Shown here piece after piece: positions 25,548 to 34,340 of a stretch of 37,901 nucleotides of DNA. The stretch spans positions 1-37,901 of the IMG/VR virus record IMGVR_UViG_3300037722_001169, one strand, 5' to 3'. How positions within the stretch are numbered: the first letter of the stretch is position 1; every line of letters starts with the position of its first letter. The notes under the pieces were generated by a model. The model was given only the letters and a program-made list of their open reading frames with translations, was not told the origin of the DNA and did no database searches. Position numbers and translations under genes: made by a program. This DNA is from a virus. Its lineage: Duplodnaviria > Caudoviricetes.

Positions 25548-26368
25548 GCGGTGGCGGCGGAAAAACGCAGACGACACAGCAGACGGCCAAATCCGAGCCG
25601 TGGGCGGCGCAGCAGCCGTACCTGACGCACGGGTTCGAACAGGCGCGTCAGCAGTACGATTCCGACCAGCCATCGTTCTATCCCGGCCAGACCTATACCG
25701 ATTTCGACCCGGCCACTGTTCAGGCGCTGGACATGCAGCAGAGCCGCGCGGTTGGCGGCAATCCGCTGACGACGGCGGCGCAACGCGAGGCGGGGATGAC
25801 GCTCGGCGGCGATTACCTCAGCGCCGGCAACCCGTACATGGGCGCGATGACCGACCGCATCTCGGGCGATGTCGCGCGCAACGTCAACAGCCAGTTCGGG
25901 GCCGGGGGAAGGTTCGGTTCGGGTCTTCACGCCGAAGCCATCGCGCGCGGCACCGGAGACGCGCTGGCGCCGATTCAGTTCCAGAACTACGCCGACGAGC
26001 GCGGTCGTATGCAGAACGCGATGATGGCCGCGCCGGGACTGGCGCAGCAGGACTATTTCGATATCGGTCAGTTGGCGGGCGTCGGCGCGACCCGCGAAGG
26101 CAAGGCCGGCGAGGCGCTTCAGGGCGATATCGAACGATACAATTTCGGGGAGAACATCGAACGGCTGAAACTGGCCGATTACATGGGGCTGATCCAAGGC
26201 AACTACGGCGGCGAGACGCAGAGCATGATGTCACAGCCGCTGTACCGCAACGGGCTCGCTTCCGGGCTCGGCGGCGCGGCGAGCGGGGCCGCGATGGGAA
26301 GCATGTTCGGGCCGGTCGGCATGGGGGCAGGCGCCCTTCTCGGTGGCGCCCTCGGCTATTTCGGCTAG
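25544..26368 (+). CDS. Internal virion/DNA-ejection protein
   Basis: MSGGGGKTQTTQ..EPWAAQQPYL; Gln/Ala/Gly-rich; GxxxG hydrophobic C-terminus. Confidence 0.8.
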   Translation: MSGGGGKTQTTQQTAKSEPWAAQQPYLTHGFEQARQQYDSDQPSFYPGQTYTDFDPATVQALDMQQSRAVGGNPLTTAAQREAGMTLGGDYLSAGNPYMGAMTDRISGDVARNVNSQFGAGGRFGSGLHAEAIARGTGDALAPIQFQNYADERGRMQNAMMAAPGLAQQDYFDIGQLAGVGATREGKAGEALQGDIERYNFGENIERLKLADYMGLIQGNYGGETQSMMSQPLYRNGLASGLGGAASGAAMGSMFGPVGMGAGALLGGALGYFG

Positions 26369-26380
26369 GAGGGCGCGCTG

Positions 26381-27721
26381 ATGGCCAACGGTTTCCTGTT
26401 CGGCGGCGGCGCCGGCTACACGCCGCAGGGTGGGGGGATATGGGGGAGCCAGACGGTCCCGAATCCACCTCCGACCTCATGGTGGGACCGGTTCTCGTCC
26501 GACCCCAACAACATGATGATGGCGGCGCAGGTGCTTGGGCAGCTCGGCGGCGGCTTGCTCGCCGCCGGTGCGCCGTCGACCGACCCCGGACATTTCGGCC
26601 GGACATTGGGCGCGACGATGCAAGGCATCGGCCCGCAGATGGACCGCAGCCAGTATCTGAGGAATCAGGGACGGTTGACGACGGCGAAGATCGAGGAAAT
26701 CGAGGCCCAGCGCCGTCAGGAAGCGGCGAAGGCGCAAGCCGTGCAGGGCTTGTTGGGGCAGGGGCCGCAGGCCAACACGTCGATGATGTCTGCTCCAATG
26801 GTCAACGCGCAGGGCGCGAACGTCGGCGGCGGGCCGGCGGCGAACACGCCGGCTCCGCAAGGGCTGCTCGGGGGCATGAACCCTCAGCAGCAGCAGTACA
26901 TGGGGGTGCTGGCGCAGGCGGACCCGGACGCGGCGCTGAAGATGACGGGGGAGCGGCTGTTCGCGGAGCCGAAGGATACGCCGCGGCAGGTCATCGGGAA
27001 CGATATCTACGAACGCGACCCGGCGACGAACCAATGGACGAAGGTGCTCGATACGCCGCCGGACCTGTCGCCGCGCGATCAGGCGTTCGCCGGTCTGACG
27101 CCGGCCGAACAGCGGCAGGTGCTGATGAAGCCGCAGGTGCAGATCGGCGGCGCCTACAAGCCGCAGACCGATATCGCCAAGCTGGAGGCCGACAAGAAAT
27201 ACCTGATGGACGGCGGCTACGCCAAAGAGTCGCCGCAGATCAGGGCGATCGAGCGCAAGATCGCCGAGACCGGCCGTCCGTCCGGCGAATTGATGCGCAC
27301 GCGCGAAATGGTCGAGAGCGGCCAGCGCACGATGAAACAGATCACCGATACCCTTATGCCCGACGGCAAGGTCGACCGCAACGCCATGACGAGCATGTAC
27401 GCGGCCCTCCCCGGTACGGACGGGCGAACGACGCGCTCGCAATTCGAGGAGGCTGCGGCGCTGATGCTGCGGCTGGAAACCGGTGCTGCGGCGACCGCCT
27501 CGGAAGTGCAGAACCTCTCCGACCGTTACATGCCGAAACCATGGGACAACGACGAGACGATCCGGGACAAGATACAGCGGTTCCAGAGCCGTTTCGACAG
27601 GGCCAAGGCGATTTTGGAAGGCAAGTCGGTCGAGGACTTGCCGGCCGATGAAGCGATCACCGGAGCGCCGAAGGCGAAGCCCGGACGTATTCCCCGTTTG
27701 CCGCCGCTCTCCCTTCCGTAG
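26381..27721 (+). CDS. Internal virion/DNA-ejection protein
   Basis: GGAGG RBS; GLLAAG/GLLG motifs; Gln/Met-rich; position. Confidence 0.75.
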   Translation: MANGFLFGGGAGYTPQGGGIWGSQTVPNPPPTSWWDRFSSDPNNMMMAAQVLGQLGGGLLAAGAPSTDPGHFGRTLGATMQGIGPQMDRSQYLRNQGRLTTAKIEEIEAQRRQEAAKAQAVQGLLGQGPQANTSMMSAPMVNAQGANVGGGPAANTPAPQGLLGGMNPQQQQYMGVLAQADPDAALKMTGERLFAEPKDTPRQVIGNDIYERDPATNQWTKVLDTPPDLSPRDQAFAGLTPAEQRQVLMKPQVQIGGAYKPQTDIAKLEADKKYLMDGGYAKESPQIRAIERKIAETGRPSGELMRTREMVESGQRTMKQITDTLMPDGKVDRNAMTSMYAALPGTDGRTTRSQFEEAAALMLRLETGAAATASEVQNLSDRYMPKPWDNDETIRDKIQRFQSRFDRAKAILEGKSVEDLPADEAITGAPKAKPGRIPRLPPLSLP

Positions 27722-27728
27722 GTAGCAG

Positions 27729-29816
27729 ATGACCCCTCTTGAAAAATATCGGGAACAGAATCCTCAACTCGCCGAAGTGTCCGATCAGGAATTGGCGTCT
27801 GCGTTGTATGAGGATCAGTACGCCGCCAAGATGAGCAGGCGGGATTTTTATGGAAAGCTGGGGCTTTCTGGAGAGGCCAATACCGCCGGTTTCTGGACAG
27901 GACTTAGGAAACTACCGCAATCGGTCGTGCCGTTTGGTGATGAAGCAGCGGGAGCTGGCGCTTTTCTGGGGCGCGGTACGCGCTCGTTGATCGAGGGGCG
28001 CGGTCTGGAGGGGTCCTATGAGGATGCGCTTACGGCGATGCGGCGGCGCATCGAAGAGGCCCGAGCACAGGGGCGGAATTTCTTTCAGGATTATCCGGCA
28101 GTAGCTTATCCGTTGAGCGTTGCGGCGGGCTTCGGTGTCATGGGCCCGCGCGGCGCGGCGACGGCAGGCGGCTTTGGGGCTGTTCCCTCGAATCTCCCTG
28201 AAGTGACGCGCGGTTTTTGGTCCAATGTCGGTCGCAATGTCGGGGAAGGTGCCGCTATCGGCGGGCTTTATGGCGCGGGCGCCGGAGAGGGTGGTTTCGG
28301 CGAACGGGCGAATGCAGCCGTTACCGGGGCGGCGCTTGGCGGGGGCTTCGGGGCTGCTGTTCCTGTTGGCTGGAGAGCGGGCGAAGTTGTCTGGAATCGC
28401 ATGCGGAATATGCTCGGCGTGGGCAAGGAATGGGCCTCGAAACAAGCCGCGCAGAAGGTTTTCGAGGCGCTTCAAAAGGACGGGATGTCCGTTGATGATG
28501 CGGCGAATGCGTTGCGTCAATGGCGCGATGCTGGTGCGAAACCGGCCGCACTGTTCGATATCGGCGGCCAGAACATGAGGCGGCTGGCTCGTGCGACGGC
28601 CGGGACGCCGAGCAGCAAGGCGGGGCAAATTGCCGACGAGTTTCTGTCGGCCCGGAAAGGCGCCCAAGGAGATCGCATTGCCGGAGACTTGGCAAAGTTC
28701 ATGGATGCGTCGGACTTCTTCACGATGATGGATGATGTTGTGGCGCGGCAGAAAGCGAAGGCAGCGCCTCTGTATGACAAGGCATATGCTACGCCTCTGT
28801 ATGACAATCAGACCGGGGGGGCTTTCGTTCATACCGACGAAACGAACATTCTTCAGAAGATTATGGGCCGGCCGGTCATAAAGACAGCCATTTCGCGGGC
28901 CAGAAACCTGGCGCGAAACGAGGGTTATACGCTCGGCAAGGACCTCGATGTTCGCGGCTGGGATTACGTCAAGCGTGGCCTCGATGATATGATCAATCTG
29001 GAAACAGACCCGATTACCGGGAAAATAACCAATCGCGGACGTATCTATGCTGATAATCGGCGTCTCGTTCTTGGCGAAGTCGACAAACTTTCGCCAGCCT
29101 ACAAGGAGGCGCGCGCGACATTCGCCGGCGAAGCTGACATTCTGTCAGCAATGAACATGGGTCGGAAACTGTTCTCCGGCGATGACCTTGCAATGAGTTT
29201 CGCGAACAAGAAGATTGCCGCTATGGGGCCGTCGGAAAAAGAAGCGTTCCGCGTCGGCGTTACCCAGGCAATCAAGGAAAGGGCGAGCCGTACGCCGGAT
29301 GGTGCAAACATCGTCAGGCGATTTTTTAATGACCCCAACAAGCGCGCCAGGATCGAATCCGCATTCGACGACACGAACCAGTTTCAGGCGTTTCAAGACG
29401 CGATGAAGCGGGAAATGGATCTGTATGACGCCGGGCAGTTCGTTTCGCCGAACACGGGGTCGCAAACGCAACTCAGACAGGCGGATGCGGGTGCGCTGGC
29501 CGATGATGTCATGGCCGATGTGGTTCTCGGCACGGCACAAACCGGCAGCCCGATTGCGGGGGCAACGAACGCCGGCTATCGGTTGGTCGCGCGCGGTATG
29601 CAACCAAGCGTTCAGTTTCCGGCCAAAGTGGCCGATGAAATCGCGCCGCGCATGTTCACCGGAGATTACAGCGCCAACATGGCCGCACTGGATTGGACGA
29701 GGGGCGGGCAGGCTTCTTTGGTGGAGGACGCCTTGCGGCGGTATAATGCTTACAAGCTTGGCACCTATGCACCGACGATCGGGCTGGCCCCCCATGCTGG
29801 CGGGTTAATCGACTGA
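27729..29816 (+). CDS. Large internal virion/DNA-ejection protein
   Basis: PFGDE, GAAIGGLYGAG, A.PLYDKAY, DYVKRGLDD, YKEARA.FAG, GSQT. Confidence 0.8.
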   Translation: MTPLEKYREQNPQLAEVSDQELASALYEDQYAAKMSRRDFYGKLGLSGEANTAGFWTGLRKLPQSVVPFGDEAAGAGAFLGRGTRSLIEGRGLEGSYEDALTAMRRRIEEARAQGRNFFQDYPAVAYPLSVAAGFGVMGPRGAATAGGFGAVPSNLPEVTRGFWSNVGRNVGEGAAIGGLYGAGAGEGGFGERANAAVTGAALGGGFGAAVPVGWRAGEVVWNRMRNMLGVGKEWASKQAAQKVFEALQKDGMSVDDAANALRQWRDAGAKPAALFDIGGQNMRRLARATAGTPSSKAGQIADEFLSARKGAQGDRIAGDLAKFMDASDFFTMMDDVVARQKAKAAPLYDKAYATPLYDNQTGGAFVHTDETNILQKIMGRPVIKTAISRARNLARNEGYTLGKDLDVRGWDYVKRGLDDMINLETDPITGKITNRGRIYADNRRLVLGEVDKLSPAYKEARATFAGEADILSAMNMGRKLFSGDDLAMSFANKKIAAMGPSEKEAFRVGVTQAIKERASRTPDGANIVRRFFNDPNKRARIESAFDDTNQFQAFQDAMKREMDLYDAGQFVSPNTGSQTQLRQADAGALADDVMADVVLGTAQTGSPIAGATNAGYRLVARGMQPSVQFPAKVADEIAPRMFTGDYSANMAALDWTRGGQASLVEDALRRYNAYKLGTYAPTIGLAPHAGGLID

Positions 29817-29942
29817 AAAAGGCGGTAGATTTTTAAGTATTTCTGGTCGGTCAGCCGGCTGGACCACATCATGAAACGCTGCCAAAAGGCCCGCCATTAC
29901 AAAAATCAGTGTTACGGCTATAGCCAGTCGATTGGAATTCAT
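29805..29942 (-). CDS. 45-aa single-TM peptide (not in ORF track)
   Basis: MNSNRLAIAVTLIFVMAGLLAAFHDVVQPADRPEILKNLPPFSVD; ATGA overlap with the upstream peptide. Confidence 0.5.
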   Translation of the reverse strand: MNSNRLAIAVTLIFVMAGLLAAFHDVVQPADRPEILKNLPPFSVD

Positions 29943-30013
29943 CGCACGGCCCACCAGACCAGCCCGATGACGACAGCCCCGAATATGACGGCGTACTGAA
30001 TGCGTCGCTCCAT
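29939..30013 (-). CDS. 24-aa single-TM peptide
   Basis: MERRIQYAVIFGAVVIGLVWWAVR. Confidence 0.45.
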   Translation of the reverse strand: MERRIQYAVIFGAVVIGLVWWAVR

Positions 30014-30040
30014 CCGATCAGCATAGCGGAGAATTACCGA

Positions 30041-31057
30041 ATGCGTAAGTACGCAATCGCCGCCCTGTCCGTGCTCGCGCTTGTCGGCGTGGCGTGGGCG
30101 GCCGATATCAACGACCTCGACGTCACCGACGCCTCGAACACGGCCCGGTTCCCTGAGAACATGGCGCGCTCTGCGGTTAACGACGGCCTGCGCGCGCTGG
30201 AAGGCATTATCGCGCGGGGCTGGAAGGATGCGGTCGAAGGCAACAAGGATTCGACCGGCTCGTCCAACGCCTATGCGGTCGCGGCCAACCGCACCATCAC
30301 CGCTTATTACGACGGCCTGCGGGTTGGTTTTCACGCCAGCTTCGCCAATACCTCGACGGCGTCGCTCAACTACGACAGCGTTGGCGCGAAGGAAATCATG
30401 AAGCTGCACGATCAGCAGCTTGCCGGGGGCGAAATCGAGGCCAACCAGTACGTCGAGGTCGTCTATTCGGCGACGGACGATGCGTGGCAGCTGATATCCG
30501 CCAACGCCGTCACGCCGCTCGTCAATGTCATCGAGGACACGACGCCCCAACTCGGCGGGCAGCTCGACATCAACTCTCAGAGTATTCTATGGGCGTCAGG
30601 CGTTACGACATCGGATGTATTCGACGAAGACGATCTGACATCGGACAGCGCCACGGCGCTCGCCACGCAGCAGTCGATCAAGGCGTATGTCGACGACCAG
30701 ATCTCCGCGCAATCCTATATCAGTATTTTCGAATCCCCGGAGGCCACCATTACTGCCGGCGCGGCGACGACGATCGCGCACGGGCTGGGGGCCGCCCCAC
30801 AGTGGTTCGACCTCTATCTCGTGTGCCAGGACACCGACGCCGGCTATTCGGCCGGCGACAAGCTGTGGCTTGGCGGCTACCAGACCGGCAGCTCCTCGCG
30901 CGGTGTCGGTGTCACGTTCGACGCGACCAACCTGTACGTGCGGTTCGGCTCCAACTCCGGCGATGTCTTCCGCGCGCCCAACAAATCCAGCGGGACGGAT
31001 GCGGCGCTTGACGTAACCAAGTGGACGGCGGTGTTCGTCGCCGGACGCGCCAGCTAG
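30041..31057 (+). CDS. Tail fibre protein with N-terminal Sec signal peptide
   Basis: GGAG RBS; MRKYAIAALSVLALVGVAWA|ADI; then ASN..FPENM..SAVND, GAKEI, DTTPQLGGQLD, DEDDLTSDSATALATQQSIKAYVD, AHGLGAAP fibre-type motifs. Confidence 0.8.
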   Translation: MRKYAIAALSVLALVGVAWAADINDLDVTDASNTARFPENMARSAVNDGLRALEGIIARGWKDAVEGNKDSTGSSNAYAVAANRTITAYYDGLRVGFHASFANTSTASLNYDSVGAKEIMKLHDQQLAGGEIEANQYVEVVYSATDDAWQLISANAVTPLVNVIEDTTPQLGGQLDINSQSILWASGVTTSDVFDEDDLTSDSATALATQQSIKAYVDDQISAQSYISIFESPEATITAGAATTIAHGLGAAPQWFDLYLVCQDTDAGYSAGDKLWLGGYQTGSSSRGVGVTFDATNLYVRFGSNSGDVFRAPNKSSGTDAALDVTKWTAVFVAGRAS

Positions 31058-31105
31058 ACAGAACGTCTGCCAAAGGGGAAGAAGTCCCCGGATGCCGAGG
31101 AGTAA

Positions 31106-31414
31106 TTGACGCGCACGGTCCTGCTATTCCTCCTCCTCGCCTCGCCGGTGCTGGCGCAGGAATCCCACCAGTGGATCATGGACGACACCCGCTATCGCAC
31201 GGAAGCGGGCAGTGGCTGCTGCGGCATCAGCCACTGCCGCCCGGCCGGACCGGGCGAGCTCGTGTTCACGAAGGATGGCTATCTGCACGTGCCGACGGGC
31301 ACGACGCTTCGCTACGGCAGCAAGGCGGTGTACCCGACGCGCGACCCGCAGGGGCGGGTGTTCATCTGCGTGACCGACGAGCTGGTGTGCGTGTTTCCGG
31401 GAGGCAGTACGTGA
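31106..31414 (+). CDS. Exported Cys-rich small protein
   Basis: GAGGAG RBS, TTG start; MTRTVLLFLLLASPVLA|QES; GCCGISHC...FIC...VCVFP. Confidence 0.8.
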   Translation: MTRTVLLFLLLASPVLAQESHQWIMDDTRYRTEAGSGCCGISHCRPAGPGELVFTKDGYLHVPTGTTLRYGSKAVYPTRDPQGRVFICVTDELVCVFPGGST

Positions 31415-31415
31415 A

Positions 31416-31745
31416 ATGGCGGACATGGGCGACATGTGGCCATGGCTGGCCGGCGGTGCGGGCGGCGGCGGCGCTCTCTGGAAACTATGGGACTGGATGC
31501 GCGGTATCGAAAAGGAATCACTGGCGCGGGCGCGCGAGCTCCACGTCCGGGTCAACACGGTCGAACAGATGAAGGCGGACAAGGCCGAAGTGGACAAGGA
31601 TATCGCGCGCCTCGAGGACAGGTTCGTCGCCGCGCTCGGCGATCTGCGGAACGACCTGAGAGAACACCGTACGGAAACGACGGGCCAGTTCAAGGCGCTG
31701 GGCGACAAGATCGACCGGCTGGTGAGAACCGGAGACGGGAAATGA
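31416..31745 (+). CDS. Membrane-anchored coiled-coil protein in the lysis region
   Basis: Trp/Gly-rich hydrophobic N-terminus followed by heptads. Confidence 0.7.
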   Translation: MADMGDMWPWLAGGAGGGGALWKLWDWMRGIEKESLARARELHVRVNTVEQMKADKAEVDKDIARLEDRFVAALGDLRNDLREHRTETTGQFKALGDKIDRLVRTGDGK

Positions 31746-31843
31746 CCGCGTACACGGTGCTGTCCGCCGCGATGCAGTCCATCACCGTCGGAGAAGCGAC
31801 GCTCATGGTCATGATCATGGTTTTGCTGGTGCGGCGGAAATGA
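31742..31843 (+). CDS. 33-aa hydrophobic peptide
   Basis: MTAYTVLSAAMQSITVGEATLMVMIMVLLVRRK; ATGA overlaps at both ends. Confidence 0.55.
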   Translation: MTAYTVLSAAMQSITVGEATLMVMIMVLLVRRK

Positions 31844-32337
31844 GCGGCCGCTTCGACCGCCGCATCGCCATTATCCTCGGCTGGGAAGGCGGCTACGTCA
31901 ACGACCCGCACGACAGGGGCGGGGAGACGCATTTCGGCATATCGAAGCGCCGGTACCCGATGCTCGATATCGCCGGCCTGACACTCGATGAAGCCAGGGC
32001 GATCTACAAGGCGGATTACTGGCAGCCGCTGCGCTGCGACGAACTCCCGGACGGTATCGACCTGCTGGTGCTGGACATCGGCGTTTTGCAGGGGCCTCGC
32101 GCAGCCGCGAAATGCCTCCAGAGAGCGGCGAAGGTAAAAGACGACGGTGTCATAGGCCCGGTGACTGTCGCCGCTGTACGCGCGATTACGGGGCGTCTGG
32201 CGCTATGCCGGGAGATAACGGCACGACGGTGCAAGAAATTCGCCGAGGCGCCGACCGTCGGCGTGCACGGGCTTGGCTGGTACCGGCGGGCAGTCGAGAT
32301 TCACGAGACAGCGCAATCGCTGGCGCAGAGCGGGTGA
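31840..32337 (+). CDS. Endolysin, glycoside hydrolase family 108
   Basis: EGGYVNDPHDRGGETHFGIS, IYKADYW, DGVIGPVT, GWYRR. Confidence 0.93.
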   Translation: MSGRFDRRIAIILGWEGGYVNDPHDRGGETHFGISKRRYPMLDIAGLTLDEARAIYKADYWQPLRCDELPDGIDLLVLDIGVLQGPRAAAKCLQRAAKVKDDGVIGPVTVAAVRAITGRLALCREITARRCKKFAEAPTVGVHGLGWYRRAVEIHETAQSLAQSG

Positions 32338-32392
32338 AGTGCTGCCGGACCGCCCCTCTCCCAACCCGCCTCTACAGCAAAGGGTATCGGTT

Positions 32393-32626
32393 ATGAGCCG
32401 TGTCGGCAGGCGGAAGCCCTACACGCAAATTGGTATTCGCAGGAAGACTTGCCAGCGGTGCGGAGCGCCGGCCCGATTCCAATGGAATTGCTGCGCGAAC
32501 GATAACTTGTGGGTTCCGGTCTGCGCCGCTTGTGATGTCCGGTTGAACGAACTCGCGCTGGAGTTTTTCCGCATTCCGGGCCAAAAGGCGCTTTTGCGCC
32601 GTTACCAATCCCGGCTGACCGGCTGA
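32393..32626 (+). CDS. Small zinc-finger protein inside the lysis cassette
   Basis: MSRVGRRKPY...CQRCG...QWNCCA...CAACD. Confidence 0.65.
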   Translation: MSRVGRRKPYTQIGIRRKTCQRCGAPARFQWNCCANDNLWVPVCAACDVRLNELALEFFRIPGQKALLRRYQSRLTG

Positions 32627-32653
32627 CTGACTGAACAGCAAAGGAGTCCTGCC

Positions 32654-32848
32654 ATGGACAGCAAAGCTTGGTTTCAAAGCAAGACGCTCTGGGCCAACCT
32701 CATCGCCGGCGCCGTTACCATTGCCGGCGTGTTCGGCCTCGACCTCGGGCTTGACGAAACCATGCAGGCGCAACTCGTCGCCGGCGTCATGGTCGTCGTC
32801 AACATCGTGCTCCGTCTCGTCACCGACAAGCCGATTGCGCCGAAGTGA
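32654..32848 (+). CDS. Holin-like two-TM protein
   Basis: AAGGAG RBS; KAWFQSKTLWAN, two TM helices, NIVLRLVTDKPI. Confidence 0.75.
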   Translation: MDSKAWFQSKTLWANLIAGAVTIAGVFGLDLGLDETMQAQLVAGVMVVVNIVLRLVTDKPIAPK

Positions 32849-33060
32849 CATGGTTGCGCGTCCTCGCTGGTCCGGTCCTCGACTTTCTCGGGAAGGTATT
32901 TCCTTGGGTAGCCGGCTTCTGGATGGGCAGAAAAGCACAGCGAGGCGATGATGCGCGCGAGGCTCTCGACCAGATCGGCAAGGCGGCTGATGCTGCCAAT
33001 CGCGTTGAGCTTGATGACGCTTACCGCGACAAGTTGCGCGACAAGTACAGGCGGCGTTAA
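32845..33060 (+). CDS. i-spanin-like protein
   Basis: Hydrophobic N-terminus then helical region; overlaps a lipoprotein ORF. Confidence 0.55.
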   Translation: MTWLRVLAGPVLDFLGKVFPWVAGFWMGRKAQRGDDAREALDQIGKAADAANRVELDDAYRDKLRDKYRRR

Positions 33061-33169
33061 CGCATTCTGTGTCGTGGTCGGGCCGCCGCCGCCCGAGATG
33101 ATCCCGGCACCCGGTGAGCCGGCGGGGTGGATCGATACCTATCTCGCGGTTTTCGACGCCACGTGTTGA
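32948..33169 (+). CDS. o-spanin-like lipoprotein
   Basis: Basic N-region, hydrophobic core, lipobox-like ATSC; Pro-rich; overlaps the i-spanin in another frame. Confidence 0.65.
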   Translation: MMRARLSTRSARRLMLPIALSLMTLTATSCATSTGGVNAFCVVVGPPPPEMIPAPGEPAGWIDTYLAVFDATC

Positions 33170-33279
33170 AGGGAACGGCGGGCCTTATTGGCGTTGCCCG
33201 CCGCCCGATCGCGTCTGACGATCACCCTTCCGCCACAGCGGAATTGCCGACAATTCTAAGGCTTCGCATGCCCGGTTGC

Positions 33280-33311
33280 AAAGAAAACCCGCCCGGCCGG
33301 AGCCGAGCGGG
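33280..33311 (-). terminator. Terminator at the convergence of the two arms
   Basis: Minus strand CCCGCTCGGC-TCCG-GCCGGGCGGG followed by TTTTCTTT. Confidence 0.85.
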
Positions 33312-33325
33312 TTGAGGTCAAGAGG

Positions 33326-33532
33326 CTAGACGGTCGCCGTGGCGACGAACTCGCGGAACTCGCGGCGCCAGGATCCGAACATCATGCTCAGCCCCCCGCG
33401 CCGGGAAACACGCAGCGCAGCCGGCCGCCGCGCACGCACCGCCAGGTCCGCCCCTCGGGCGCCGTCGGCCGGGTGGTCGGAGCTGCCCTTGCGCAAATGG
33501 TACTGCCAGAGATTCGCGATATCGATGGTCAT
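33326..33532 (-). CDS. Hypothetical protein
   Basis: AAAGGA RBS. Confidence 0.5.
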   Translation of the reverse strand: MTIDIANLWQYHLRKGSSDHPADGARGADLAVRARRPAALRVSRRGGLSMMFGSWRREFREFVATATV

Positions 33533-33553
33533 CGTTAGGGTTCCTTTCGTGTT

Positions 33554-33928
33554 TCAGGCGCGCGCCTCGAGCGCGGCAATCACGAGGGCGAGAGCGGGGG
33601 TGGCCGCATCGCTGTGCGCGTACACGCCACCCTCCGTCATGACCATGTCTGAAACGAACGCTTGCGCTCCGCCGGGGTTGAACAGTTCGTCCGGTGGGTG
33701 GGTGTTGACGCCCCATTGAAGCCCTTCCGGCACCAGCGTAAGCGCAGCGTCAATCGAGCCGGTGTAGTCGGGCACTGGTACAACCGCGCTTTTCGGCCGG
33801 CCATCGAAAGATGTAACCAGCATCCAGTCGCCGTCGTGAATTTCCGCACCTTCCAGCACGGCAATCCGCGCGTCCAGTTCCCTGCCCGGCCCTGTCGCTG
33901 CTCTCAGCGCGGCTATGAGGTCACGCAT
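33554..33928 (-). CDS. Conserved phage early protein (NinX/ABA-sandwich-like)
   Basis: GGAGGGGAG RBS; ATGPGRELDARIA...PDYTGSIDAALTLVPEG...ATPALALVIAALEAR. Confidence 0.75.
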   Translation of the reverse strand: MRDLIAALRAATGPGRELDARIAVLEGAEIHDGDWMLVTSFDGRPKSAVVPVPDYTGSIDAALTLVPEGLQWGVNTHPPDELFNPGGAQAFVSDMVMTEGGVYAHSDAATPALALVIAALEARA

Positions 33929-34340
33929 CGCTCCCCTCCATCGCGGCGGCGAGGTTGGCGAGGGCTTGTGCTGCGGCTCGCAACTCGCCCAATGTGATGC
34001 ACATAGCGATCTGATGTACCCAAAGCTCCGCCTCGTCCGGGCCGTCGTCAGAATCGAGCTGTCCGCCGGCTTCGGCAAAGGGACGCAACGCCATCGCCAC
34101 TTCCACCAGCGCAGCAGTGACGGCGGGGTGCGCGGCGGCGATGTAGGCAGCGTCGGCCGCCGGGAACGAGCCGCCGGGCGGACTGGCATAAATCATCTGC
34201 CGGCCGGAGGTCGCAGCTACAGCGACGCCGTGTGCGAAGCCGTCCGGGTCTGTGCCGGGCCTGGTCTGCGTCCAAGGCCCCGGCGTCGCCGCTCTTGCCT
34301 TGGCGAGCAGGTCGTTCAGGTAGGGGGTGAGGTCAGTCAT
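33921..34340 (-). CDS. Ead/Ea22-like protein
   Basis: AKARAATPGPW...ADAAYIAAAHPAVTAAL. Confidence 0.75.
   Translation of the reverse strand: MTDLTPYLNDLLAKARAATPGPWTQTRPGTDPDGFAHGVAVAATSGRQMIYASPPGGSFPAADAAYIAAAHPAVTAALVEVAMALRPFAEAGGQLDSDDGPDEAELWVHQIAMCITLGELRAAAQALANLAAAMEGSDA

Noticed and set aside
30041-31057. Diversity-generating retroelement acting on the fibre
   Set aside because: No reverse transcriptase and no template/variable repeat pair seen
31058-31105. GGGGA/TCCCC hairpin as a riboswitch
   Set aside because: Too short and lacks recognisable aptamer motifs
33170-33325. Expected integrase/attP at the arm junction
   Set aside because: No recombinase ORF or tRNA-like core found; only a terminator
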